Source: Candidatus Aminicenans sakinawicola JGI OTU-1
GTDB taxonomy: Bacteria; Acidobacteriota; Aminicenantia; Aminicenantales; Aminicenantaceae
DNA length: 64,000 bases
Direction: 5' to 3'
NCBI GenBank assembly: GCA_000493965.1
Contig: AWNV01000001.1
Coordinates: forward strand, 41,167-105,166
A program made the translations under genes and the position numbers. The notes below the pieces were generated by a model that saw only the letters and a list, made by a program, of their open reading frames with translations, did no database searches and was not told the DNA's origin. This document shows positions 1 to 9,828 of this stretch, one piece after another. The stretch's first letter is position 1. Each line of letters begins with the position of its first letter.

Positions 1-654
1 ATGACTGATCTCTTTACAATAAATAAGGAATGGGTGACAGAACTATGTGAATGCATGATTGAAAGAAACCCTTATATTAAGTGGATATGTAACAGTCGAG
101 TAGATGGGGTAACTCCTGAATTGACAAAAATTATGTCAAAAGCTGGTTGTCAATTGATTTCATACGGCATTGAATCAGGTGATGAAGATATCCTTAAGAA
201 ATCAAAAAAACAGATTACACTGAAACAGGCTGAAGATGCCATCAGGTGGACAAGAGAAGCAGGTATTCTCTCTTTTGGGTATTTTATTATTGGACTGCCT
301 GGAGAAACATGGGAAACTGTAGATCGGACAATCGAGACTGCAATTCGAATTAATCCTGATTATGCATTTTTTCATCTGGCAACTCCCTTCCCAGGAACTG
401 ATCTCTATACATGGGTAAAAGAGAATAATTACCTTGTTTCAGATAATTGGGCTGATTATGATGAAGATGACGGACGTGCCATGAGAACTGAAGCAATGTC
501 ACTTGAAGATTTACAGAAAGCTAAACGACTTGCTACCAGGAAATTCTACCTGCGTCCCTCGAAGATTTTCCAATCTATCCGTCAAATCCGAGGTTCCTCG
601 GATTTATTATCAAAAAGCCAAGCTGCCCTAAAAATCTTAAAAAAAAACTTATAA
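1..654 (+). CDS. B12-binding radical SAM domain protein, C-terminal part (5' end lies outside the window)
   Basis: ORF open from the window edge; the translated region (FGYFIIGLPGETWETVDRTIETAIRINPDYAFFHLATPFPGTDLY) matches the C-terminal half of class-B radical SAM enzymes; stop at 652-654. Confidence 0.55.
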   Translation: MTDLFTINKEWVTELCECMIERNPYIKWICNSRVDGVTPELTKIMSKAGCQLISYGIESGDEDILKKSKKQITLKQAEDAIRWTREAGILSFGYFIIGLPGETWETVDRTIETAIRINPDYAFFHLATPFPGTDLYTWVKENNYLVSDNWADYDEDDGRAMRTEAMSLEDLQKAKRLATRKFYLRPSKIFQSIRQIRGSSDLLSKSQAALKILKKNL

Positions 655-712
655 AGCAAACAACCACATCCAAAGTTCATAGTTTTCAATTTTAAATAAA
701 AATTTCTTCTTT

Positions 713-734
713 AGATAGGGTCTACTGAAAAAAG
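713..734. repeat. Left terminal inverted repeat of the IS
   Basis: agatagggtctactgaaaaaag pairs with the reverse complement of 2266-2290. Confidence 0.65.
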
Positions 735-814
735 ATTTTAACTTTTTTTCAGTATATTCATTTTTTGTGTATATCACATTTTCTGTATCTATTTTTTATC
801 CGATTTCATTTATC

Positions 815-2134
815 CTATGCTCTATTTACTGCTGTTTTCAGATTCATGGCCAGGATTCCGGCTCTTACCCATATCTCAGATCCGTTCTCCCCAGAATACC
901 GCACCCGATCCAACCCGTAGTTACGCTTACCATTACCAAAGCTGCCTTCTATTCGGTTTCGCTCCTTCTGTTTCCTCTTAAACCATCGCTCATCTCTCTT
1001 CTCAATCTTGACTCTGCGTCCCAGTGGCTTAAACGACTCCCGCACCCCATGCTCTTTCAGTAAGTTCCGATTCTCCCGTGTGCCGTATTTCTGGTCAGCC
1101 GTAAAGTAGGGTGGCAACTTCCCAAACCGTTCTTTATAATCTTGAAGATGTTTAGCGGCTAACTTATCCTCTGCAAAAGCTCTATGCTTGAAATAATCCA
1201 AAAACAAATATCCATCCACATGCACCAGCGCCCCTTTACCTCCAAACTCCACACTCCGACCTACCTTTCCCCGTTTTATCGGCCTCACATACGGTCGATG
1301 AAAACTCACGATCCTCTCCGCTATCCGGTTCACCTTCCTCTTATACATCTCCAGCTGCTGCCAATAAATCTTGTCCGCTACCCCTAATTGCTCTATGATG
1401 GCGCTCTTAACCTTCTGGCCCTGCACCTTCATTTGCTCTATGGCTTCTTTTAACTGTTTGATATTGCGACGCACGTACTGCAGCATCTGTTTTTTGGCCT
1501 TGCGGATCGTCTTCTTTGTCTTGGTCCTCTTTTTGGAAAAATTGAGATGATCTTTCCTGGCTGTCCTGCTGTAGGTACGATACTTCTTGCCTACGGCTTT
1601 TCCTATTCTCTTAATGTTTCGCACCAGCCACTCCCTGACATCATTGAGTAAACCTACATCGTTCGGATATTTTATATCCTCAGAAAACACAGTAGCATCT
1701 ACCAGCATCCCTTTCGCCTTGATGATCTTCCTCTCTATCAATACCGTATACGTCTTCTTCTCCAGCCTCTTGAAGAACTCCAATCCTAAGCGCTCCCGCA
1801 TCTTCGATAAAGTGGAAGAGTCTAATATGTCGTCTGTGACAAACTCCCTAAACCCACAAAAGGCCTGCATGTATGGATTCTCGGTAACCTCAACCACCAC
1901 ATCCTCATCAGATAAGCCGGTCATGTGTTTTAAAAGCAGCAATCCAATCACAATCTGGGCATCGGTTCCAGGACGACCAACATCAGAAAAATACTGCCGG
2001 TATTCCTCCTCCAGCTCCTCCCACGGAATCAGTTCCGCGATCCGCAGCCAGCGGTTCAACTCGTTTAATTTCCCGCCAAAAGGGAATAGTTCCGGAAAAA
2101 GTGGTAGAGTTTTACGGTCTTTGCTTTTATACAT
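815..2134 (-). CDS. DDE transposase (IS4/IS5 superfamily, IS1182-like)
   Basis: The 470-aa ORF at 815..2227 has transposase hallmarks: an N-terminal basic/helix region, a K/R-rich linker and a C-terminal DDE region ending ..TADQKYGTRENRNLLKEHGV... The true start is probably Met32 (ATG at 2134-2132). A GGAGA Shine-Dalgarno sequence sits about 9 nt upstream, and a perfect 12-bp hairpin lies further upstream. Confidence 0.7.
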   Translation of the reverse strand: MYKSKDRKTLPLFPELFPFGGKLNELNRWLRIAELIPWEELEEEYRQYFSDVGRPGTDAQIVIGLLLLKHMTGLSDEDVVVEVTENPYMQAFCGFREFVTDDILDSSTLSKMRERLGLEFFKRLEKKTYTVLIERKIIKAKGMLVDATVFSEDIKYPNDVGLLNDVREWLVRNIKRIGKAVGKKYRTYSRTARKDHLNFSKKRTKTKKTIRKAKKQMLQYVRRNIKQLKEAIEQMKVQGQKVKSAIIEQLGVADKIYWQQLEMYKRKVNRIAERIVSFHRPYVRPIKRGKVGRSVEFGGKGALVHVDGYLFLDYFKHRAFAEDKLAAKHLQDYKERFGKLPPYFTADQKYGTRENRNLLKEHGVRESFKPLGRRVKIEKRDERWFKRKQKERNRIEGSFGNGKRNYGLDRVRYSGENGSEIWVRAGILAMNLKTAVNRA

Positions 2135-2265
2135 GGGTGAAATCTCCGATGAAAAGTGCAAGGTTTTTGAGGGGTTTTTGCGAAAAACCTTGCATTTTGA
2201 CCTTGAAATTCCACTGCAGCATATCATATAATTATAGTATTATCAAGAAGTTAATTGATGTTTTT

Positions 2266-2290
2266 GCTTTTTTCAGTAGACCCTAGATAA
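2266..2290. repeat. Right terminal inverted repeat of the IS
   Basis: gcttttttcagtagaccctagataa; the reverse complement matches 716-734 over 19 consecutive bases. Confidence 0.65.
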
Positions 2291-2339
2291 TAGATATCCC
2301 AAATAAGATGAATAGCAGTTTTAGATCATTGGAATAAGA

Positions 2340-3524
2340 ATGAAAATAGCCATAGCAGTTAATGGTCGGCCTCATGAAAGCGGAGTGACCACATATATTA
2401 ATACAGTTGCCGATGTCTTACGGAGTTATGACTGTGATGTGAGAGTCGTTACCATTTTCGGTATGTCCAAATATCGAGAGGTACACCAATCATTTAAGAA
2501 CAAGACGGATTCTATTTTAAAAGGACGCGAAGGCTTAACAAGGTTGACTTATATAGCAAGTAAAATAATTTTAAGCTTAAGATTGCTTTTAGAATATCTT
2601 AGGTCCAAATATGATTTAATATGGGCGAATGATATTTCTGTCGTTAACGCTGTATATCTCTGGTCAAAATTAATACGTATTCCTGTAACACTAATTGTAC
2701 ATTATCCTATAAACAGAGATCTGATTAGTCAGGAAAAAGTCAAAAATGACAGTCCAACACATCGATATTTCCTTGAAGAAGAAAAGCGGGGCTATAAAAG
2801 AGCTGATAGAATAATTTCGCTAAGTCATTATGTCGAGCAGTGGATAGAAAATCTTCAACCAGACCACGCACCGATTAGAATAATGCGCACTCCTATGGAA
2901 ACAAATGATTTCATTAGGAATGAAAGTCGGCATAATATCCGTGGTCGGCTAGGATTCGTTGAAGAAGATTTTGTGGTTATGTTCTGTGGTCGCCTAGTAA
3001 ACAGAAAAGGCCCAGAATTCCCAATCATGGCACTCAGCAGTATGGAGAAAGGCAAGCGTCAAGGAATCAAACTTATATATGTGGGAGATGGCCCTGATAA
3101 GGATAAGTTAAAAAATCTTGCAGCATCATCAGGTGTTAGCGAACAAGTTTTTTTTAAAGGTTTCGTCAAGCATCAATTGAAAACGGACTATTTTCTTACT
3201 GCCGATGTTGTATTAGTGACTTCAGTGAGGCACGAAGGTTTTGAGGATAATTCACCTAATGTGCTCTTTGAGGCGATGGCAGCTAAAGTACCACTTATTG
3301 CCTTTAAATCAGGCGGCATAGCCGAGTTAATCGAACATAAAAATACTGGTCTGGTCATTGAAGAGAGAAACGTTGCAGCTCTAGCAAATGCGTTGATTGA
3401 ACTCAAAACAAATAGACGGCTATGCAGGACTATTGCTAAAAATGCTTTTCAAAGACTCCAGGATGTTCACTCTTCTCAAATTATAGGACGACAAATTTTA
3501 GACTACTTTACAGACCTTATTTAG
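2340..3524 (+). CDS. Glycosyltransferase family 4 (GT-B, retaining)
   Basis: C-terminal EX7E-type motif: EGFEDNSPNVLFEAMAAKVPLIAFKSGGIAELIEHKNTGLVIE. Confidence 0.8.
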   Translation: MKIAIAVNGRPHESGVTTYINTVADVLRSYDCDVRVVTIFGMSKYREVHQSFKNKTDSILKGREGLTRLTYIASKIILSLRLLLEYLRSKYDLIWANDISVVNAVYLWSKLIRIPVTLIVHYPINRDLISQEKVKNDSPTHRYFLEEEKRGYKRADRIISLSHYVEQWIENLQPDHAPIRIMRTPMETNDFIRNESRHNIRGRLGFVEEDFVVMFCGRLVNRKGPEFPIMALSSMEKGKRQGIKLIYVGDGPDKDKLKNLAASSGVSEQVFFKGFVKHQLKTDYFLTADVVLVTSVRHEGFEDNSPNVLFEAMAAKVPLIAFKSGGIAELIEHKNTGLVIEERNVAALANALIELKTNRRLCRTIAKNAFQRLQDVHSSQIIGRQILDYFTDLI

Positions 3525-3565
3525 TCTATTTTTCTCTCATATTTTATTGAAATATTAACCGTTTT

Positions 3566-4786
3566 TTAGTTTTTTTCATTAAGAAGTTCTTGATAAAGTG
3601 CTTCATACCGTTTTGCAATTGAGGGTAGAGAAAAGCGGGAGACAATCCGTTCCCTTGCCGCTTTTCCCATCATGAACCGTTTTGCACTGTCCATCTTGAT
3701 GAAAGCCTCCAATCCATTCGCCAGTGCCTCATGATCTCTAGGAGGAACCACTCTTCCTGTTTCGCCAACAATTTCACGACAATCTCCTACATCAGTTACA
3801 ACGCTTGGCACACAACAGGCCATAGTTTCACCAATGACCAAGGGAAAAGACTCGGTCCTGGACGATGAAACATGAACATCAAGACCTGCCATAATTTCGG
3901 GGATATCCCTTCTATCACCCAACAAATGAAATTTCTCTGCAAATCCTGTATCCTGTATCATGGTAACCAAGCTGGTATTGGATTGAATCACTTCCCTGCC
4001 TGAAAAAACAAAATGCACATTAGGAAATTTACTTATTAATTTTTTTGCAGCCAGAATTAAATTTGCATAATCCTTCTCTGGATGAAAGCGAGCAATTCGT
4101 CCGATTAAAAATGTATCAAAGTCTAGTTCCAATGAAGAGCGTAGTTTGAGGCGTGCATTGCCACTGGATTTGAATTGATCACAGTCAACCCCATTCGGTA
4201 CAAGCAAGGAACGTTTAGAGGAAAATCCAAAATTTTCATGTTGTTCCATGCTGATTCTCGAATTGTAAAGAATGAAGTTGGGGAATAGAGATAGTTTTGA
4301 TTCTAGACGGATAAGCATTCGGGTCAACCAGTCCACTTTATTTAGCTCATGAAGGGAAGAATGGATGCTCCATAATAGCTTACTCTTACGTGGGAGCATA
4401 ATCCGTGCCAGAAAGGCGGCAAAATTGCCTTCATACATCCAGCCCTGAATGATTTCCGGCTTAAGCTGTCTGATAAGTTTTATTAAACGCCATCCTCCTT
4501 TAGGAGTTGGCCTGCCTGGAGACATACCCAGACAGAATACTGGGACGCCAAGATTCTTTATATATTCTGCTATGCTCCCCTCATCCTTCAATGACACAAC
4601 CACATGATCAAAGCGCTTAAGATTATTTGTAGAGAGCAGTTTGTAGAGCATCACTTCTGCTCCACCTGTGTTCAAGCCACTACTGATATGGCAGATTTTC
4701 AAAAAATTCTCCTTTGGAGAGTGTGCTATATTTAGCTGGTAACTCCTATATATTTTTAATTTCTGTAAATAATCCGTTGGATTCAT
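3566..4786 (-). CDS. Glycosyltransferase family 4
   Basis: ESFPLVIGETMACCVPSVVTDVGDCREIVGETGRVV motif; 406 aa; the only minus-strand GT in this block. Confidence 0.8.
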   Translation of the reverse strand: MNPTDYLQKLKIYRSYQLNIAHSPKENFLKICHISSGLNTGGAEVMLYKLLSTNNLKRFDHVVVSLKDEGSIAEYIKNLGVPVFCLGMSPGRPTPKGGWRLIKLIRQLKPEIIQGWMYEGNFAAFLARIMLPRKSKLLWSIHSSLHELNKVDWLTRMLIRLESKLSLFPNFILYNSRISMEQHENFGFSSKRSLLVPNGVDCDQFKSSGNARLKLRSSLELDFDTFLIGRIARFHPEKDYANLILAAKKLISKFPNVHFVFSGREVIQSNTSLVTMIQDTGFAEKFHLLGDRRDIPEIMAGLDVHVSSSRTESFPLVIGETMACCVPSVVTDVGDCREIVGETGRVVPPRDHEALANGLEAFIKMDSAKRFMMGKAARERIVSRFSLPSIAKRYEALYQELLNEKN

Positions 4787-4919
4787 AATTACTATATGTT
4801 ATTCGACTCGGGAAATTCAAGTACAAAATGTAAGATTTTCTCCACGAATCCCTTTATTCTGACCAAACAATAGAAAGATGCTAGTTTTTCATTATTAAAA
4901 ATTTTAAAACTGAAGAATT

Positions 4920-6419
4920 ATGAAAAAATATTTTACTAAAAAAGGTATAGAAGGAAGCATATATAATTATCTGGGCCAATTTGGATCTAGTTTATTTAAA
5001 TCTTTAATTTTAGTGTATGTCATAAAAAAATTATCAGTAGAAAGTTTTGGGATATACAATCTGCTTATCAATATATTAACTGTAGGTTTAATATTTTCTT
5101 CCTTCGGACTTCCTCAAACAATAGAAAGATATATCCCTGAGTTCAGATCGAAAAATGAATCTAATAAAATAAAAAATCTTTTTAGCGCAAGTATATTTTT
5201 AAGATTAAGTTTAGGTATAGTGTTTGTACTAATCATAAATATTTTTAGAAATGAATTATCTTCCATCTTAGGTTCCTCTGACAAATTAACAAAATTAATC
5301 CCACTTTTTTCCCTGGTTATTTTAGTGAACATTGAAAACCAGTTACTGGGAGATTCGTTCCTGCTGGCAAATCTCATGCATAAATATTGGAATACGGTCA
5401 GAATATCTTACTTTGCAATAAAATTTTGTTTATTCTTTCTGGTATTAAATAAAGGATTAAATTTATATTGGATTGTTCTTGCCTGGGCGTTCTCAGAAAT
5501 AACACTGTTTATTCTTTATTTATTTAAGACCACTCCCTGGATCTCCCTTGGAGCGATTAACTTTCAAATTTTTAATAAAAGGATATTACGGTTTATGTAT
5601 ATATCATTTCTGATAGTTATTGGAAATATCACCAGACAAATAACGGTAGATAACTTATTAATTTCTCATTATCTTGGGATTAAGCAGGTTGGTCTTTATT
5701 CTTTCATTTTTGGAATTCCCCTGATTTTATTAGAATGGTCCCCGGCGAAGATTTTTAAAAATCTTTTTCTGCCTATATTTATAAGAAGATATACCCAGAC
5801 TGATGATAAGGGAATGTTAGAAAGAATGTTTACTTTTTATAACAAAGTGATTTTTTTTTTAACCTTGCCCATGTTTATAGGAGTAGCTATCCTCTCCAAA
5901 CCCATTATTCAAATTGTATTTGATTCTTCTTATCTTGAAATTAATCACTTATTCCGAATAGCCCTGATATTTATTTTCATAAGAGCATTTATTTACCCTT
6001 TTGAAGTTGTTTTAAGAACAATAGAGAAAATAAATATAATGCTTTTAGCGACTTTATTCACTGTTTACAACATTTCATTAGGGATGATTTTGATACCCCG
6101 GCTTGGAATGACTGGGGCTTTAATTGCTTCCGGATCTACCGGTGTATTTATCTTGTTATTCTATAAGACAAGAGTTTCACGGTTTTTAAGGACAGAATAT
6201 CAATTCGGGGCATTTTTGAAAATATTAATAAATACAATACTCATGGGTATCTTTCTTTTTACTGTTAAGAGTTATGCCACTAATTTATGGTATTTGTTAA
6301 TAATAATGTTCTTAGGAGCTTTATTATTTTTGGCAGCGAGTAATCTGAATAAATGTTTTTCTAGAGAAGAAAGAAAAATTATCAATGAAGCTATCGGAAG
6401 AAAGGTTTTTGTGTTTTGA
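4920..6419 (+). CDS. Wzx-type oligosaccharide flippase (MOP/polysaccharide biosynthesis protein family)
   Basis: 499 aa, about 12-14 predicted TM helices, typical Wzx-like hydrophobic profile; located in a glycan cluster. Confidence 0.7.
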   Translation: MKKYFTKKGIEGSIYNYLGQFGSSLFKSLILVYVIKKLSVESFGIYNLLINILTVGLIFSSFGLPQTIERYIPEFRSKNESNKIKNLFSASIFLRLSLGIVFVLIINIFRNELSSILGSSDKLTKLIPLFSLVILVNIENQLLGDSFLLANLMHKYWNTVRISYFAIKFCLFFLVLNKGLNLYWIVLAWAFSEITLFILYLFKTTPWISLGAINFQIFNKRILRFMYISFLIVIGNITRQITVDNLLISHYLGIKQVGLYSFIFGIPLILLEWSPAKIFKNLFLPIFIRRYTQTDDKGMLERMFTFYNKVIFFLTLPMFIGVAILSKPIIQIVFDSSYLEINHLFRIALIFIFIRAFIYPFEVVLRTIEKINIMLLATLFTVYNISLGMILIPRLGMTGALIASGSTGVFILLFYKTRVSRFLRTEYQFGAFLKILINTILMGIFLFTVKSYATNLWYLLIIMFLGALLFLAASNLNKCFSREERKIINEAIGRKVFVF

Positions 6420-7759
6420 CTAATATTTTGTACCTTATCCCGTTTATTCTCATATTAGTTTTATGGGTTAAGGACGATATAAATAGAGCTTTATATGCTG
6501 TTGTCATTACTGAACTGACCATGGCATCCTCTGATTTGTTTTTTGGAGTGAGCCCCAGGAACTTATTTGTGCCTTATGCCATTCTTTTAGGGATAATCAA
6601 ATATTTTAAGGGCCCTTCTTATAGAATAAAACTGCCAACTTTAAATTCTGTAATATTTCTCACTGTATTCGTATATTATCTGTGGGCATTCTTTGTTCAG
6701 GTGTTAATTCATGGATATTCTATTTTCGATTATAGATTTCATATATTATTAGGTAAGTCTTTCTGGTTCATATCTACCGCCTTTTTAATACAATATTTTA
6801 TCACGGATGAACAAAAATTAAAAAGGTTCATAAATGTAGTCATAATCTTTTGCGGGATCTCCGCTGTAGTTGGTATTTTCCAGGTTTTTTTAGGGAGTAT
6901 TTTTGTAGATTTAAGAAATATACTGAGAAAAATTACTCCACTTTTAGTAATGAAAAAGCCATTGGCTACAGGATTCAAATTACTTAATTTTCCCTTTGCA
7001 TGTGATATGTTAATGGGGGCTTTTCTATCATTTCCAATTTGGATGAATATAAAAAGTAAAAAAAAATATATTAAAAACTGGTTGTTATTTTTGATTATTT
7101 TTGGGGGATTAATTTTTTCACTGACAAAATCAGCGATAGCAGCATTTCTTATCGGAATTTTGATGCTGGCAATTTTGTTAAAAAAAAGATTAATGATCCT
7201 CTTTTTAATAATAGCTCCCTTGAGTATTTTATTAATTTCGAATATTAATTACCTAGAAAGAAACACGGCTATTGCAAGAATAATGAATATATCTGGATAT
7301 AAAAGGGGTTTAAGCGTTCGGAAACCTTTTTCTATTATAGGATTAAAAATAATATGGAATGAACCATTTGGAATTGGAAATGAAAGATATGAGGAATATG
7401 TTAAAAAAAACTCAAATAAATTTGAAAATATTTCAGGATGGGAGAATGCAACAAAATCTGGGCCACATAATCACTTCTTATTAAATACTGTATATTTTGG
7501 CTGGATAGCGGGATTTATTTCCTTATTATTTATTATTGAATTATTCATTACCTGCAGAAGGATATATGTATCCGCGTCGTCTGAATTTGAAAAAGTGTTA
7601 GCCATTGTGATTGCGGCATTTTTCGCTGCATACAGTTTTAACATATTCTTTCATAATGCAGGATTTTTCAAGGGAGATGCATCTGTATGGATAGTTACAG
7701 GTATATTGCTCAGTTTAAATAACATTAGGGACCGGAAACAAAAAATAGAAATAGCATGA
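6416..7759 (+). CDS. O-antigen ligase/polymerase-like membrane protein (Wzy_C family)
   Basis: Polytopic protein; Wzy_C-type segment ..SLTKSAIAAFLIGILMLAILL.. and a large periplasmic loop; 4-bp overlap with the upstream gene. Confidence 0.65.
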   Translation: MTNILYLIPFILILVLWVKDDINRALYAVVITELTMASSDLFFGVSPRNLFVPYAILLGIIKYFKGPSYRIKLPTLNSVIFLTVFVYYLWAFFVQVLIHGYSIFDYRFHILLGKSFWFISTAFLIQYFITDEQKLKRFINVVIIFCGISAVVGIFQVFLGSIFVDLRNILRKITPLLVMKKPLATGFKLLNFPFACDMLMGAFLSFPIWMNIKSKKKYIKNWLLFLIIFGGLIFSLTKSAIAAFLIGILMLAILLKKRLMILFLIIAPLSILLISNINYLERNTAIARIMNISGYKRGLSVRKPFSIIGLKIIWNEPFGIGNERYEEYVKKNSNKFENISGWENATKSGPHNHFLLNTVYFGWIAGFISLLFIIELFITCRRIYVSASSEFEKVLAIVIAAFFAAYSFNIFFHNAGFFKGDASVWIVTGILLSLNNIRDRKQKIEIA

Positions 7760-8682
7760 AAACAAAATATAAATTTACTGTCTTTATGACAACTTATAAC
7801 AGAAGGAGCTATATGCAACGAGTTTATGAGTGTCTTGAAAGACAGACATATAAAAACTTCGAATGGCTTATAATTGATGACGGTTCAACTGATGGAACAG
7901 AAGAGGAGATCGAAAGCCTTAAAGAAAAATCTTCCTTCCCAATAACTTATATATGGCAGGAAAATGGAGGAAGACATCGTGCTCATAATCATGCTTTGAG
8001 ATATGCACAAGGTGAATTTTTTATGCATCTGGATTCTGATGACCTATTAACTGAGAATGCCTTGGAACGATTTATGTTTTATTGGGATTCTATCCCAGGA
8101 GACCAGCGCTCCAATTTTGCCGGAGTTGGTTCTTTGTGTGCAGGACCTTATGGCAAAATAATAGGGACTAAGTACCCAAAAGATTTAATCGATTCGAACA
8201 CAAATGAAATATATTGGAGTATGGGAGTAAAAGGTGATAAATCTTTTGTTTTTTTAACAAATATAATAAAACAATATCCTTACCCAGATTTTGATGGTGA
8301 ACCATGGATTCCTCCAGGCGTCATATATAATCAAATGGGCCGAAAATACAAGATGCGTTTTTTTAATGAAGTATTAAGAATTAAGGAATACCTTCCCAAA
8401 GGAATAAGTTCAAAAGGATATAGCAGGATTCTAAAAGCAATAAAAAGTGCAAATGGATATAGATTATCAAATATGCAGGCATTAGAATTTATTAATAGGA
8501 AGTCATTATGCCGACTTTTAAAGCAATCCGCATTAGTAGTCCGTTTTTCTCTTCATCTTGGTTATTCCTTAAAAGAACAATTAAGTCCCATAACTCATAA
8601 ATTCATTTATATTTTATCATCCCCGATTGGATTACTTTTATTCTTTAGAGATAGGATAATTTTAAAGAGAGAATCTCAGTGA
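7756..8682 (+). CDS. Glycosyltransferase family 2
   Basis: N-terminal GT-A signature ..VFMTTYNRRSYMQRVYECLERQTYKNFEWLIIDDGSTDGT.. and a DxD motif (HLDSDD). Confidence 0.8.
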   Translation: MKTKYKFTVFMTTYNRRSYMQRVYECLERQTYKNFEWLIIDDGSTDGTEEEIESLKEKSSFPITYIWQENGGRHRAHNHALRYAQGEFFMHLDSDDLLTENALERFMFYWDSIPGDQRSNFAGVGSLCAGPYGKIIGTKYPKDLIDSNTNEIYWSMGVKGDKSFVFLTNIIKQYPYPDFDGEPWIPPGVIYNQMGRKYKMRFFNEVLRIKEYLPKGISSKGYSRILKAIKSANGYRLSNMQALEFINRKSLCRLLKQSALVVRFSLHLGYSLKEQLSPITHKFIYILSSPIGLLLFFRDRIILKRESQ

Positions 8683-8715
8683 CCGTCTACACTGCCTGCC
8701 TCGGAAAAAAAGTAA

Positions 8716-9828
8716 ATGCATAGGAAATTAAAGATATTGATATTATCAAGCACTCTTGAAGGTGGCGGTACTGAAAAAAGGACTATTTATCTTCTCAAAT
8801 ACATTAACAGAGATATTTTTGAACCTATCCTTTGTCTGTGGGAAAAAAGAGGTGTGTATTTTAAGGATATCCCTCAATATACGAAATTATATGCAATCAA
8901 AAGGCGTTATAAACTTGGAACTCTTTTTAATATGTGTAAAGTTATTAAGAAAGAAAAGCCTGATATAGTTTTTGGTAATATGTGGGGTATTAACACAGCA
9001 GCTATAGTAGCACTCAAAATGATGTTTTTTAAAAGGCCAGTGAAACTGATAATAGGAGTAGTAACCAATCCATCTTATTTTAAACGCCAAAGTATTATTA
9101 GATTTTTGTACAGTTTTGCTGATCTTATTGTAGCAAATTCATACGGAATACGTGAATGTTTAATCTCGTCATGGAAGATTCCTGAAGAAAAGATTCGTGT
9201 TATTCATAATGGTGTAGATATTGGAAATATCGATAAGCTGTCTTTTGAAAAGGTAAATCATATCTGGATTAAGAATAATTATAATCTGATAATTTCAGTC
9301 GGACGTTTATTTAAACCAAAAGGGTTTCCAAATCTGTTAGATGCTTTAAAGATTGTCAACCAAAAAAGAACCGTTTATTTGATAATAATTGGCAAGGGTG
9401 AGGAAGAAAAAAGACTGAAAGTAATGGCTAAAGAAATGGATATTAATGATAGAGTGGATTTTATTGGTTTTAAACAAAACCCTTTTAAATATATTGCTAA
9501 TGCTGATCTCTTTGTCCTTTCTTCTCTGTGGGAGGGTTGTCCAAATGTTTTATTGGAGGCAATGGCATGTAGAACTCCTGTCGTGTCCACCGATGCCCCA
9601 TACGGACCTTCGGAGATAATAGAAGACGGTGTAAATGGCTATTTAGTGCCAGTGGCAGATTCAACCAGACTTGCCGAAAAAATACTTTATGTGCTGGAGA
9701 ATTTAGATAAGCAGGATAACGTAATTAGAGAAGCTAGACAGACAGTTGAAAAAAAATTTACTGTTGATAAGATGGCAAAAAATTATGAAAAGTTGTTTTA
9801 TTCTATTTGTCTTAAGAAAAGCCCTTGA
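8716..9828 (+). CDS. Glycosyltransferase family 4
   Basis: EGCPNVLLEAMACRTPVVSTDAPYGPSEIIEDGVNGYLV. Confidence 0.8.
   Translation: MHRKLKILILSSTLEGGGTEKRTIYLLKYINRDIFEPILCLWEKRGVYFKDIPQYTKLYAIKRRYKLGTLFNMCKVIKKEKPDIVFGNMWGINTAAIVALKMMFFKRPVKLIIGVVTNPSYFKRQSIIRFLYSFADLIVANSYGIRECLISSWKIPEEKIRVIHNGVDIGNIDKLSFEKVNHIWIKNNYNLIISVGRLFKPKGFPNLLDALKIVNQKRTVYLIIIGKGEEEKRLKVMAKEMDINDRVDFIGFKQNPFKYIANADLFVLSSLWEGCPNVLLEAMACRTPVVSTDAPYGPSEIIEDGVNGYLVPVADSTRLAEKILYVLENLDKQDNVIREARQTVEKKFTVDKMAKNYEKLFYSICLKKSP

Larger units (their letters stand above)
713..2290 (-). mobile_element. IS5/IS1182-like insertion sequence, about 1.58 kb, single DDE transposase ORF
   Basis: Near-perfect 19-bp terminal inverted repeats TAGGGTCTACTGAAAAAAG at 716-734 and reverse-complemented at 2266-2284. 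One long minus-strand ORF fills the element. GC is higher than in the flanking glycan genes. Confidence 0.7.

Noticed and set aside
767-2231. Plus-strand ORFs 767..1063, 1184..1387 and 1587..2231 inside the IS
   Set aside because: They lie antisense to the long transposase ORF. They are low-complexity (Ser/Pro/Leu-rich) with no motifs, and are typical shadow ORFs.
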